The notes: generated by a model not told the origin, from the sequence alone. DNA of 64,000 nucleotides from Bdellovibrionales bacterium RIFOXYD12_FULL_39_22 (GCA_001770205.1 MEQL01000035.1:1-64000); one strand, 5' to 3'. Counted from the first letter of the stretch, positions 28,215-38,609 are shown. Program-made: numbers and translations.

Positions 28215-30005
28215 ATGACTAATAACTATGATAATCGCTGTCGTGATTTGAACACCACCTTGGCAGATTTTGCAAAAAAAGTTGGGCAATTAAGTGGTCA
28301 AGCGCGAGAGAATTTTGAAAACCAGGTAGCGAAAATTACGGGAATGGATACCCTTAATGTAAAGTATTTTTTGGCACTTTACGCTAAATACCAAGCAAAA
28401 GAGATTCTTGATGATAAGTTTTCTAATGCTCATCCTACCGCCATTGCTCCTGCTGAGATTTTAAATATCTTGCCACTGCAGCATTATGAAGATCTTTTAA
28501 AAAATAATAAAAAGGACTTTGCGGCCAAAAGTTTATTGTGGATTAAAAAAATGCAGGCCGGAACTGGTTCTTCCATAAAACGTTCCACTTATTTGGCGCT
28601 TAAAAAAAAGATAGCAGAATCATCAGTGGTGATAGGAGGAAAAGGGAACGATCTTTTTGTGCCGGGATTGGGTGATGGCATGGTGAGTTTAGCGGAAGCG
28701 CAAATTATGCAGGCCATTTATGATATGCAATCTAATAAATATGCAGGCATTATTTTACACGACATTATAAGCAGTGAGACAGAAAAATCTATTAATGAAA
28801 TTTGGCAAAGAAAGTCGTTGGCCGATGCTACGCAAAACTATAGAGAGCTAATTTTAAAAATTCCAGGATTGCAAAGCGGAATGCGTAGTTATCAATATCA
28901 CATTCCAACGATAGATGAAAAAGGAGAGCTTTCTTTTAATAGACGGTCCCCGGGAGGGCATGCCCTATTTGGAGTGGAAGCACTACTGGCCGCCGCTTGT
29001 CCAGAACAATTGCCGAAAGTTGGGCCGGGACAGTATTTGCTTAGTGTAATTGGTAATGGAGAAGATTTAAGCAGCACACCAGATGAATATATGGCCCATT
29101 GGATGGTGGAAAATAAAATTCCTATTGCCATGGTTACTACAACAAAAACTGAAATTGATCTAAAGGGAGGGCAGATTGCGATTGTTTCGGCCAGTGAAAA
29201 TGAAAATGCTTATGTTACAATCATTGAACGGGCCCAAGCAGAAAGTGCCGGACAGGGAGAGTTATTTGAACGACTGGGGTTACGAGCGGGAGATCGAGAG
29301 GCATTTTTTAATACAAATATGATTTTGTTAAATTATCATGAACTTTCTCCTCGCTTGGAAAAATTAAGAAAGGAAGTTGGAGAGATAGAATTTTTGAAAA
29401 TAATATCTCCTGATTTAATTAAAAATATTAAAAAGCAAGTTGATCATGATGGTGTTGAGCGGAAGTATATTCAATTAGAAGGTGCCATGGGATCGTCGAT
29501 GCTTAATCTCGATCGCTACTGGCGAAGAAGATTTGGCCACCCGTTAGTGCATATTTTAAATGTGGGAGTGCAAGATCGTTCCAGATTTTTTTCTCCGATA
29601 AAAACGGCATTTGATTTTTTTCTGCAGTTTTACTCCGACCGCTTTTCTTTTGATAAAAAGAGCTATCGCCTTATCAACAACGCTCCATCATCTTTGCCGG
29701 ATGTTTCTCTCTCCGGGAAAGTTTATAATGAGGTTCAATCATTATTGGATAATTTTGCGCAAAGTGAAATTTTACATTTAAAAAAACTCAAGGTTGTTGG
29801 TGATGTTTCGCTTGCGGATTTAGTTTTAAAAGGCAAGGTGGAGATAGAATCACAAAAAGAAGGCCTGGTTAATTTGGCCATGGAACTCAGCCTAGGCCTG
29901 GAATGTAAGTGTATTTTGGGAAGGCAGAATAATAAATTTATCTTAGAGAATGTAAAGATTACGATTAGTCGTAATGGCGAAATTGGGTTATGTGACAATA
30001 GTTAG
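28215..30005 (+). CDS. UTP--glucose-1-phosphate uridylyltransferase, eukaryote-type (UDPGP family)
   Basis: KKMQAGTGSS (cf. KLNGGLGTS), PGGH, KGG, FNTN, QLEGAMG, RSRFFSPIKT, beta-helix-like C-terminus. Confidence 0.8.
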   Translation: MTNNYDNRCRDLNTTLADFAKKVGQLSGQARENFENQVAKITGMDTLNVKYFLALYAKYQAKEILDDKFSNAHPTAIAPAEILNILPLQHYEDLLKNNKKDFAAKSLLWIKKMQAGTGSSIKRSTYLALKKKIAESSVVIGGKGNDLFVPGLGDGMVSLAEAQIMQAIYDMQSNKYAGIILHDIISSETEKSINEIWQRKSLADATQNYRELILKIPGLQSGMRSYQYHIPTIDEKGELSFNRRSPGGHALFGVEALLAAACPEQLPKVGPGQYLLSVIGNGEDLSSTPDEYMAHWMVENKIPIAMVTTTKTEIDLKGGQIAIVSASENENAYVTIIERAQAESAGQGELFERLGLRAGDREAFFNTNMILLNYHELSPRLEKLRKEVGEIEFLKIISPDLIKNIKKQVDHDGVERKYIQLEGAMGSSMLNLDRYWRRRFGHPLVHILNVGVQDRSRFFSPIKTAFDFFLQFYSDRFSFDKKSYRLINNAPSSLPDVSLSGKVYNEVQSLLDNFAQSEILHLKKLKVVGDVSLADLVLKGKVEIESQKEGLVNLAMELSLGLECKCILGRQNNKFILENVKITISRNGEIGLCDNS

Positions 30006-30008
30006 CAG

Positions 30009-31217
30009 CTAATGTTTTTCAATGGTATTCTTGATAACCTGGAGTTGCGTTTTCTCAATGATATGTGCAAGTGTGTCCGGTGAATTTTCTGCCGCCAATT
30101 TCTTATAGTTTATTGTCTGTAGGTTTTTTGCCAATTTTTTCCAGATATCTTCTTGTGGATACTCCTTGCGTGTTTTTCCTAGAGTGTCTAGACGACAGCA
30201 AGATAAAAAATTAAAAAACATCTCATCATTTTTTAAAGCGTTAAAGTGCTTAAGGGTAGTGAGAATTGTTTGAGGTGTTTGCTCTAAAACTTTGTGACAA
30301 ATTTGATGGTAGCGAGTGACAGAAGTGGCCAGTTTTTTCCAGTCAAAAGGAGTTTTAAGGCGATTACAAAATTGTTCAACGATGGCCACTCCATTTATGT
30401 CATGATTGTAGTGCTTGGGGAGAATATCTTTGGGGGTTATGGCCTTGCCAAAATCGTGAGTTAGAACAGCAAAGCGAACGATGTCGCGATCGGTCTCAAC
30501 GGCACTATTTTCAAGACAGAGCATAGTGTGTGTAAAAGCACAACCTTCTGGGTGATGTTTGGGAGATTGTGGCACATCGATTAAATTAAAAATTTCTGGG
30601 AATATCACTTCCAGGGCATGACACTGGCGTAGCGTTTGAAAAAAATTCTGAGGGGCACTGCTATTGAGGGCCTTTTTTAGTTCCATGAAAATGCGCTCCC
30701 CACTTAGGGATTTTAACTCATTTGAGCGAGAAATATTTTGCATAAGCGCCAGTGTCGTCGGATCAATGGTGAAGCCAGGAAGGCCCGCTTGAAAACGGGC
30801 CACTCGCAAAACACGTAGCGGATCTTCAACAAAATGTTCGGAGATGTGCTTTAGCTTTTGTCTGGCCAAATCTATCTTGCCGTCGTAAGGATCAAAGATT
30901 TCACCACTTGCTTCGTCCATCGCAATGGCGTTGATTGTTAGATCGCGTCTAATTAAATCTTCCTCTAAGGTAATATCGGAAGAAAAATCAAAAGCAAAAG
31001 AAGTGTGTCCGCTGGCAATTTTTTTTTCTCGACGTGCCAGAGCATATTCATGGCCACTGATTGGATGGATAAAAACAGGAAAACTGTTTCCCACTTGACG
31101 ATATCCCAGTGCTAACATTTCTGCGGGATTGGCCCCGACTACAACATAATCTCGATCTTTAATTGGAAGGCCCAGTAGGTGATCGCGAACAGCTCCGCCG
31201 ACAAGATATATTTTCAT
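30009..31217 (-). CDS. cca: Multifunctional CCA-adding tRNA nucleotidyltransferase with HD domain
   Basis: YLVGGAVRD, DRDY, RRDLTINA, EDPLRVLRVARF, HHPEG, HDFGK. Confidence 0.95.
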   Translation of the reverse strand: MKIYLVGGAVRDHLLGLPIKDRDYVVVGANPAEMLALGYRQVGNSFPVFIHPISGHEYALARREKKIASGHTSFAFDFSSDITLEEDLIRRDLTINAIAMDEASGEIFDPYDGKIDLARQKLKHISEHFVEDPLRVLRVARFQAGLPGFTIDPTTLALMQNISRSNELKSLSGERIFMELKKALNSSAPQNFFQTLRQCHALEVIFPEIFNLIDVPQSPKHHPEGCAFTHTMLCLENSAVETDRDIVRFAVLTHDFGKAITPKDILPKHYNHDINGVAIVEQFCNRLKTPFDWKKLATSVTRYHQICHKVLEQTPQTILTTLKHFNALKNDEMFFNFLSCCRLDTLGKTRKEYPQEDIWKKLAKNLQTINYKKLAAENSPDTLAHIIEKTQLQVIKNTIEKH

Positions 31218-31222
31218 AGCTA

Positions 31223-31645
31223 TTACTCAATAAGAATCAGAGGGTGATTAGTAAAAGCAGTGTCACCTACCTGCATATATATTTTGCTAATTATGCCATC
31301 TCTGTGGGCCACGATGACATTTTCCATCTTCATAACTTCTAGAATTAAAATTTTATCCCCGATGTTAATGTGGTCACCCTCTTTAACGAATATGGCCGTA
31401 ACTTTGCCAGGTATTTGTGCCATCAGTGGCCCTGCAGGGGGAGGTGGCGGCGGGCGTTTGGAGATTTTTTTAGGCGGAGAACTTATCGTGGGCAAAGAAA
31501 AGTTAAGTGGAGATAATTCAGAAATAGCATTGATATTAACAGTTATGGGGCGGCCATTTAATTCAATGACGGCCTCTTTCGCATCAGCACTTTTAATTAT
31601 TACTTCGTATTGTTTATCATTAATGGTGAAGCGATATAGTCTCAT
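31223..31645 (-). CDS. Biotin carboxyl carrier protein
   Basis: EVMKMEN biotinylation motif, Pro-rich linker. Confidence 0.9.
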   Translation of the reverse strand: MRLYRFTINDKQYEVIIKSADAKEAVIELNGRPITVNINAISELSPLNFSLPTISSPPKKISKRPPPPPPAGPLMAQIPGKVTAIFVKEGDHINIGDKILILEVMKMENVIVAHRDGIISKIYMQVGDTAFTNHPLILIE

Positions 31646-31665
31646 CGTTTGAACGATTCCTTGTA

Positions 31666-31950
31666 TTAATGCTTTTGCATATAAAATTTGTGGCGCAAAG
31701 TTATCGCATGTAGTTTTCCGGCCAGTTCCCATGGTGATTGACTTTTAATCATCTGGGCCGCCTGGGCATTGCTATCCAAATGTAGTGCACAAGCAACTGC
31801 CACTAATTCTTCATCATTAAGCGGGGGACTACTTCGGTGGTGTTTTATTTTTATGACACTTCCGGTAGTGAGGTGTCGTAAGCGTTTGAAAATAAAAAAA
31901 ATAAAAACAGATAATGCCAGCATCCAGAGGGATACAGCGAAAGTAAACAT
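31666..31950 (-). CDS. OadG/MmdD-like small membrane-anchored subunit
   Basis: N-terminal TM, EELVAVACALH, SPWELAGK; lies between the carboxyltransferase and BCCP genes. Confidence 0.7.
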   Translation of the reverse strand: MFTFAVSLWMLALSVFIFFIFKRLRHLTTGSVIKIKHHRSSPPLNDEELVAVACALHLDSNAQAAQMIKSQSPWELAGKLHAITLRHKFYMQKH

Positions 31951-31981
31951 ATAACAAAACTCCCCAGGTTAATAAAAAAAG

Positions 31982-33556
31982 CTATAGGGGAATGTTACCA
32001 TGTTTTTTTGCCGGATTTGAATCTTTTTTATTCTGTAGCATTATTAAAGCGCGGATTATTTTATAGCGCGTGGCGGCCGGTTCGATGATATCGTCCACAT
32101 AACCACGCTCGGCAGCTCTAAATGGATTTAAAAAGGCCTCGGTATATTCTTGTTCTTTTTCTTCGATAAATTTACTTTCAATTCCATGTTCTTTTGCTTC
32201 TTTTGCGTAAAGAATTTCTCCGGCGCCCTTGGCACCCATAACTGCTATTTCCGCTGTTGGCCAAGCATAATTAATGTCCCCGCGTAAATGTTTGGAGGAC
32301 ATGACACAGTAGGCACCGCCATAATTTTTACGAGTAATGATGGTTATTTTAGGAACGGTTGCTTCCGCATAAGCATACATTAGTTTTGCCCCGTGCCTGA
32401 TTACCCCCATATACTCTTGAGCAGTGCCAGGTAAAAAGCCTGGTACGTCAACAAAGGAGACAATAGGAATATTAAAACAGTCACAGAAGCGAATAAAACG
32501 GGCAGATTTTACAGAGGCATTGCAATCTAAAACACCGGCCAATATTTTTGGTTGGTTGGCCACAATACCTACACTGCGTCCACCATAACGGGCAAAGCCG
32601 ATGACAATGTTGTCGGCAAAATCGGATTGGATTTCAAAAAAATCTCCTTCATCTGCGGTTGCAAAGATAACATCTTTTATGTCATATGGCCGTGAGGCCA
32701 CTTCTGGAACGATAGAGTTTAAACTTTTTTCTGCGCGATCTATCGGATCATTACAGATTATAGTTGCGGGATTTTCCATGTTGTTTTGTGGGACGTAAGA
32801 GAGCAATCGTTTAATGTAATCGATGGCGTCATGCTCGGAGTCTGCCGCATAGTGGGCCACTCCCGATTTAGTGGTGTGCATGGTCGCGCCACCGAGTTCT
32901 TCAGTGGTAACGTCCTCGTGTGTTACCGATTTTACAACTTTGGGCCCGGTTAAAAACATGTAGCTTGTGTTTTTTGCCATGATGGTGAAATCAGTTAGGG
33001 CCGGAGAGTATACTGCACCTCCAGCACAGGGGCCGAAAATGGCCGATATTTGCGGTACTACTCCGGAGGCCATGACATTTCGGAAAAAGATATTGGCATA
33101 TCCGGCCAAACTTTCAATTCCTTCTTGTATGCGTGCGCCGCCGGAATCATTTAATCCAATGAATGGTGCGCCATTTTTCATGGCCATGTCGAGAAGTTTA
33201 CAAATTTTTTCTGAGTTGGTTTCAGAAAGAGATCCGCCGGAGACTGTAAAATCTTGGGAGTAAACGTAGACTGCTCGGCCATTTATGGTCCCAAAGCCGG
33301 TTACCACGCCGTCTCCTGGGTTGGTGTTTTTTTCCATTCCAAAATTGTGACAGCGATGGATTTTAAAGGGATCAACTTCTTCAAAGCTTCCAGGATCAAG
33401 CAGAAGAGCTAGTCGCTCTCGGGCAGTCATTTTTCCTTGTTCATGTTGTTTTTCTATTCGCTTGGGGCCTCCGCCGATAATGGATTTTTGGCGGAGATCG
33501 TTAATTTGTTGCATGCGTTGTTCAAAGTTTACCGTGTTGGCCGTAGGTGTGCTCAT
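31982..33556 (-). CDS. Acyl-CoA carboxyltransferase (PccB/MmdA-type)
   Basis: [56 protein letters not shown]. Confidence 0.95.
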   Translation of the reverse strand: MSTPTANTVNFEQRMQQINDLRQKSIIGGGPKRIEKQHEQGKMTARERLALLLDPGSFEEVDPFKIHRCHNFGMEKNTNPGDGVVTGFGTINGRAVYVYSQDFTVSGGSLSETNSEKICKLLDMAMKNGAPFIGLNDSGGARIQEGIESLAGYANIFFRNVMASGVVPQISAIFGPCAGGAVYSPALTDFTIMAKNTSYMFLTGPKVVKSVTHEDVTTEELGGATMHTTKSGVAHYAADSEHDAIDYIKRLLSYVPQNNMENPATIICNDPIDRAEKSLNSIVPEVASRPYDIKDVIFATADEGDFFEIQSDFADNIVIGFARYGGRSVGIVANQPKILAGVLDCNASVKSARFIRFCDCFNIPIVSFVDVPGFLPGTAQEYMGVIRHGAKLMYAYAEATVPKITIITRKNYGGAYCVMSSKHLRGDINYAWPTAEIAVMGAKGAGEILYAKEAKEHGIESKFIEEKEQEYTEAFLNPFRAAERGYVDDIIEPAATRYKIIRALIMLQNKKDSNPAKKHGNIPL

Positions 33557-33745
33557 GAAGTATCCTTGTTAAATGATAGAGCGATATTTGAAAACGGGCT
33601 AATCTAATATCGCTTTTTTCTTAAAGTCAATTTACAATTTTTCGATCCTCTGTAAAAAAAATATTGACGGGACAAATTTACAACTAAAAAAAATACTTCT
33701 AACATCGTCCGATAAGCATTTAAGTGGTCAACACGAGGAGTATTT

Positions 33746-34240
33746 GTGGATGAAGTGATCAATGAAAATTTTTGGAGAAGATGTGGTAGTTGTAAGAAGG
33801 AAATTAAGTATGGAGCATTTTATCAAGCGTGCAGCGTTTCTAGTTGTCGGAAATTAATATTTTGCTCAGTAACTTGCTGGGATGTTCATGTTCCCGTGAT
33901 GAATCATAAAAGTGCTTACGCTGAAGAGCGAGTGGCGCCCCAAAAGCAGCAATTGCTTGCCCAATCCATATCTCAAGGGGCCGCTTTGACAACTGAACGG
34001 GCCGCCCGTCGAATATTAATTCAGACACCGAAAGTGCCAAATGAGCAAGAGGCAAATGCGGATGATATTTTAATTGTTGCTTCAAAGCTAAAATCTTTTG
34101 TTAAGTCAAAATATGATATGAATACCTCTGCAAGCGTTTTTGAGCGCTTATCAGATATTGTAAGAAGAACAACTGCTGATGCATGTGAGCGAGCGGGCGC
34201 AGATGGCCGAAAAACAGTAATGGATAGAGACTTTGAATAG
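33746..34240 (+). CDS. Bacterial histone: N-terminal ZZ-type zinc finger + C-terminal histone fold
   Basis: Eight candidate Zn ligands (C13, C16, C29, C34, C40, C44, H48, H54). aa 107-164 ILIVASKLKSFVK..MNTSA..LS......A.ADGRKTVMDRD matches the Bdellovibrio Bd0055-type histone fold, with the RKTVxxxD L2 signature. Confidence 0.88.
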   Translation: MDEVINENFWRRCGSCKKEIKYGAFYQACSVSSCRKLIFCSVTCWDVHVPVMNHKSAYAEERVAPQKQQLLAQSISQGAALTTERAARRILIQTPKVPNEQEANADDILIVASKLKSFVKSKYDMNTSASVFERLSDIVRRTTADACERAGADGRKTVMDRDFE

Positions 34241-35108
34241 ACGTATTACCATAATAAAATTTTGTGGCCATGGGGAAGAGCTGAAAGTTTTCTTGCACAA
34301 AAACAAGGATGGACTTTTTTTTATCCCTCAATTTGCCGGTGAACAAAGCTTGATAGAGGTGCTGCATTTTAGATCAGAAAATGAGCTACCGGCAACTGAA
34401 GGGGGCGGAGATTTTTATCCTTTGCTGACAGTTGAGCGACTGGTTCCTACGCAGGGAGGTGCTCTAACGGAGGCCTTGTCACAGTTTTGGCCTTTTTTAA
34501 AAAATTTCTCCCCTGTTCTTGCCAATGTTGAAATTCCTCGACAGTTTTTATCACGTGATCTGCGGGATAAGCTAATTACAGGCCAGGAGGAGATTGTCTT
34601 TTTTGGCGGGGCCTTCAATCCTCTTCATAATGGACATTTGGAGTGCTTGCGGCAATCCCCCAATAAAAATGTGGTGGTTATACCGGATAAAAATCCGTGG
34701 AAGGAGGAATCTGGCCGGACAGCTGAAAAAGATCATGGCTGTGCTTGGCAAGCTTATCTAAATTTAAGCGAAAAACTTAAGACTACCTCCGGTGTTTATC
34801 CTGGATTTATTGGGAAGAAAGAATCTAACCCCACGGTCTCCTGGATAGATAATGTGGTTGCAAAGCGCAGAGCACTTTTGATTGGGGATGATAATTTTAT
34901 GAACTTTGAGCGCTGGACTGGTTATAAGAAAGTTTTACGCAGCATACAGGCACTTTATGTAGTGCCGCGTTTATTTAAACATGAAGAATTGGTGCAAAAA
35001 CGATCAATGCTTTTACAAGAAAATGGCCCAATTAAAATTGATATTTTACAAGAACATTCTTACCAGCAACTTTCATCCTCGGCCCTTCGCCGCAATGAGG
35101 TTAGTTGA
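34233..35108 (+). CDS. NadD-like HIGH-motif nucleotidyltransferase with N-terminal extension
   Basis: FFGGAFNPLHNGH, LLIGDDNF, LSSSALR; TTG start overlaps the histone stop. Confidence 0.8.
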   Translation: MNRRITIIKFCGHGEELKVFLHKNKDGLFFIPQFAGEQSLIEVLHFRSENELPATEGGGDFYPLLTVERLVPTQGGALTEALSQFWPFLKNFSPVLANVEIPRQFLSRDLRDKLITGQEEIVFFGGAFNPLHNGHLECLRQSPNKNVVVIPDKNPWKEESGRTAEKDHGCAWQAYLNLSEKLKTTSGVYPGFIGKKESNPTVSWIDNVVAKRRALLIGDDNFMNFERWTGYKKVLRSIQALYVVPRLFKHEELVQKRSMLLQENGPIKIDILQEHSYQQLSSSALRRNEVS

Positions 35109-35153
35109 CATATAAGTTGACGAAGGTTGTTCTCCTTGCGACTATTAACAGTG

Positions 35154-36461
35154 ATGAGAATTGTCTATTTTTTCGTTTTTTATTTTTTCATTTTTAATCT
35201 TTTGGCAACGCCAAAAGTGTCTATATATGATCCGGATACGGATGATGAAAAAAAAGAACAACGCGTATATACTTCGGTGTCAGATAATGATGGTGATCAT
35301 CAAGCTTTGACGGTGATTGTCTCTTCTTCTGCTGGCTCCAGTTCCTCCGCACCAGTGGAGGTTTTTATCCCCATCAATGAACATAGCGCTGATTATGGAG
35401 ATGAGGATCGAGCAGATTATACCGCTCTCTCGCAACCAGAGCAGATGCCTAATTTTTCCACTGGAGGACATGTTCATCTAACTTTGACGGTGTTAAATGA
35501 TGCAGGGGCGGACCGTTATTTTCGAGCGCTGGTAAAAAATGATACGAACTATGTTCCTTTTGAATTACATTCCCATGTTGATGCTACGATAGATAATGAT
35601 GAGCATAATAGACTTTATGATATCGATTTCTCTCTTGATTCGGGAGATGCGGGAGCTATTTGCAATATTTCTCCGCAGTGCGAAGTTAGAAATGGGACTC
35701 AATATAAAGATGTCTATTTTGTTTTGGCCAGTAGTTTAGATACTGAGTATAGCGCTTCGGAGCTTCCGGCCAATGGAGTCTATTTTAGATTTCGTTTTAG
35801 CAATCAGTTAAATGCGGCCACGGTCACTTTAACTGATTTGCAAGCTTACGATGAGCAACTAAAATTAATCTACAGCGGCCCACTGGTTACCAATTTTTAT
35901 AAAACTTTTTTATATAGATATGACGATACTAGTTCAGAGGGTAGTGGTACTACTCAGTTTTCCACAATAGGTGCCGGAGAGATAGTCTCTTACCATTCGG
36001 CCAATACTAGCGGAGCGATTTTTATAAGAAACTTGATAAATGATACTGATTATAATTTTGCTCTTGGATTTATCGACAAGTATCAATTTGTAAATGGAGT
36101 CTCTAATTCCAAAATTGCGCGTCCTGAAAATATTGAAGAATTTTTGAACAAAAAGGCCTGCTTTTTTCTATCAGCGGGATTTAAGCAAGATCATTATGTT
36201 TTAGAATATTTTAGAAAATTTAGAGATGAATCACTTCTAACGAATTCACTCGGCCAGCGCTTTGTTTCTTGGTATTATTCGTTTGCTCCACACTACGCTA
36301 AAATAATTTGGGATAGTCCCTTTTTGAGTTTCTTAGTAAGAGCGTTGGGTTTTGTGGCATATTTTTTTAGCAGGTTTTTTATTGGTATTGTGATCGCGGG
36401 ATTCTTGATTATTTCAATCTACAATGTTTATCGCCGCCGCCGCCTGCATAGTACTTTCTAA
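35154..36461 (+). CDS. Exported protein with CFI-box-CTERM-like domain, TM helix and basic tail
   Basis: KACFFLSAGF...FRKFRDESLL...GQRFVSWYY..AP..A..I, then TM and RRRR. Confidence 0.78.
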   Translation: MRIVYFFVFYFFIFNLLATPKVSIYDPDTDDEKKEQRVYTSVSDNDGDHQALTVIVSSSAGSSSSAPVEVFIPINEHSADYGDEDRADYTALSQPEQMPNFSTGGHVHLTLTVLNDAGADRYFRALVKNDTNYVPFELHSHVDATIDNDEHNRLYDIDFSLDSGDAGAICNISPQCEVRNGTQYKDVYFVLASSLDTEYSASELPANGVYFRFRFSNQLNAATVTLTDLQAYDEQLKLIYSGPLVTNFYKTFLYRYDDTSSEGSGTTQFSTIGAGEIVSYHSANTSGAIFIRNLINDTDYNFALGFIDKYQFVNGVSNSKIARPENIEEFLNKKACFFLSAGFKQDHYVLEYFRKFRDESLLTNSLGQRFVSWYYSFAPHYAKIIWDSPFLSFLVRALGFVAYFFSRFFIGIVIAGFLIISIYNVYRRRRLHSTF

Positions 36462-36554
36462 AAATTTATTCTTGATTATTGGATGTTAAAAGAGAGTGTG
36501 TTATGCTAGCATTTTTATTTGATTTCGATTTACTACAAAACTGAGAAGTGAAAT

Positions 36555-36926
36555 ATGAATCATAAAGATTACGTCGTTTTGATCGTCGATGATGAGCCAG
36601 ATATTTTGGATTTGATGCAAGAAGAATTTGCAGATGCTGGTTTTCAAACTAAAACAGCAGTTTGTGGCAATGCTGCCATTGATATTTTACGCAAAGAGCA
36701 GATTGATGTTGTGGTGTCAGATTACAAGATGCCTAACGGTAATGGGATGAGTGTTTTGTTGGAAGTAAACAAATTACCCAAAGATAAACGGCCTCACTTC
36801 TTTTTTATCTCTGGGCAGGCGGACATTAGCGTTCAAGAGGCCTTGGACTTAGGGGCAAAAAAGTTTTTCACAAAACCCTTTGATTTCGGAGTCCTATTAA
36901 AAGAAATTACAGCGATAGTGAAATAG
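36555..36926 (+). CDS. Single-domain response regulator
   Basis: VDDE, SDYKMPNGNG, ISG, KPF. Confidence 0.93.
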   Translation: MNHKDYVVLIVDDEPDILDLMQEEFADAGFQTKTAVCGNAAIDILRKEQIDVVVSDYKMPNGNGMSVLLEVNKLPKDKRPHFFFISGQADISVQEALDLGAKKFFTKPFDFGVLLKEITAIVK

Positions 36927-36981
36927 ATAAAAAGGTAACGATAATTTTACGCCTACAAATAAAAATTAAGAGGGTTTTGTT

Positions 36982-37704
36982 ATGGCCGGCCATAGTCAGT
37001 TTAAGAACATTCAACATCGAAAAAATGCTCAAGATGCCAAGAAAGGAAAAGTTTTTACTAAACTAATCAAAGAGATTGCCGTGGCGGTTAGAGAAGGGGG
37101 AGGGCCTGACATAGATTCTAATCCACGTTTAAGGACGGCGTTGCAAAATGCTCGTGGAGCAAACATGCCGAAAGATGTTTTTGAGCGGGCGGTGAAAAAG
37201 GCCGCGGGAGATGGCGAGGCGGCAATGGAGACAATTAATTTTGAGGCCTACGGGCCAGAGGGGTCCGCCATTATGGTCGAAGCGGCCACGGATAATAATA
37301 CTCGCACAGTAGCAAATATTCGCTCTTATTTTAATAAACATGGTGGGAATTTAGGAAAAGAGGGGTGCTTGCAATTTATTTTCACTAGGAAAGGTGTTTT
37401 TACTTTAGAAAAAATTTTAAAAATTAGTGAAGATGATTTTATGTTGGAAATAATTGATAGTGGTGCGGAAGATGTAGAGATTGGAGAGGAGTTTATTAAT
37501 ATAATTTGTGAAAAGGATCGATTTGGAGATGTGTCAAAGAAACTTTCTGAGATGAAGTTAGAGCCGAAAGAATCGGGATTACAGTGGATGCCAAATGATA
37601 CAAAGAAGATTAGCGAAAAGGCCCAGGCCGCGGTGGCCAAATTAATAGATGTGCTTGAAGAAGATGATGATGTGTTAAAAGTTTATCATAATGTCGAGTT
37701 ATAA
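36982..37704 (+). CDS. yebC: YebC/PmpR family protein
   Basis: MAGHSQF.NIQHRK, NPRLR, TDNNTRT, DDDVLKVYHN. Confidence 0.96.
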   Translation: MAGHSQFKNIQHRKNAQDAKKGKVFTKLIKEIAVAVREGGGPDIDSNPRLRTALQNARGANMPKDVFERAVKKAAGDGEAAMETINFEAYGPEGSAIMVEAATDNNTRTVANIRSYFNKHGGNLGKEGCLQFIFTRKGVFTLEKILKISEDDFMLEIIDSGAEDVEIGEEFINIICEKDRFGDVSKKLSEMKLEPKESGLQWMPNDTKKISEKAQAAVAKLIDVLEEDDDVLKVYHNVEL

Positions 37705-37725
37705 ACTCAACCAAGGGGATCTTTT

Positions 37726-38601
37726 GTGGATAGAAAAGTAGTTATGCTAACAAAAGATAGGTTGAGTGCCCAAGATGTGCAAAAGCGCATGCTAGAAATG
37801 CACAAAGTTTCAGTTGAAATTTTTGTAGATGTTGCTGACCTTTTAGATGGGATATCTTCAGGTAAATTGGGAGAGGATTGTTACTATTTAGACGATACTA
37901 TAAAAGACAGAGATATAAGAACGTTGCTTGATTTTATCCAAAGAAGTGGGCTTAGTGGTAAGGTTTTGTTGTTTGTGGCCGCTAATGATGCGGATTATTT
38001 TACTAAGCTGCTTGAGGCATATCCAAAGCTGGGACTCACCTTGATTAATATGCCTGCCTCGGAAAAAGAGATTGTTACTCGTCTCCAACAGAAATTGCAA
38101 TATGATAAGTCGGTAAAAAAACCTGATACTAAATACAGTCTTAATACCTCTTTTATGAAAGTTATTTTGGATTGTACTGAGCAGGCGCTTTCTGAGATGT
38201 TGGGAGATGCTTCTATCTCACATGAGAAACCGCAACTTAGTTATGAATTTAAAGAGAATGAGGAAATTAAATTGCGCGCTCAAATTACTATCAACTCCAA
38301 TTTATTTCGCGGTTCATACTTTATGTCCTTTCCCGAGAAGACCTATTTGAATATGTATGAAAAAGTGGTTGGTGAAAAATATAACACCATCGAAGAGGCC
38401 AATTACGATTTAGTTAAAGAGTTAGCAAATATTATATATGGGCGTGCGAAGAGTATTTTAAATGCAGATGAAAAGAATTTAAGTGTTGCTATTCCATCTC
38501 ACTACAACGTTATGGTTGAGTCTACTGATATCGTTATTATCATTCCATATCGCAGTCGTTTTGGATCTTTTTTTGTTAAAATTGCTCCCAATTTATTTTA
38601 A
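37726..38601 (+). CDS. Degenerate REC domain + CheX-like phosphatase domain
   Basis: C-terminal KELANIIYGRAK (ExxN), VAIP, FGSF. Confidence 0.75.
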   Translation: MDRKVVMLTKDRLSAQDVQKRMLEMHKVSVEIFVDVADLLDGISSGKLGEDCYYLDDTIKDRDIRTLLDFIQRSGLSGKVLLFVAANDADYFTKLLEAYPKLGLTLINMPASEKEIVTRLQQKLQYDKSVKKPDTKYSLNTSFMKVILDCTEQALSEMLGDASISHEKPQLSYEFKENEEIKLRAQITINSNLFRGSYFMSFPEKTYLNMYEKVVGEKYNTIEEANYDLVKELANIIYGRAKSILNADEKNLSVAIPSHYNVMVESTDIVIIIPYRSRFGSFFVKIAPNLF

Positions 38602-38609
38602 GAGTTTTT

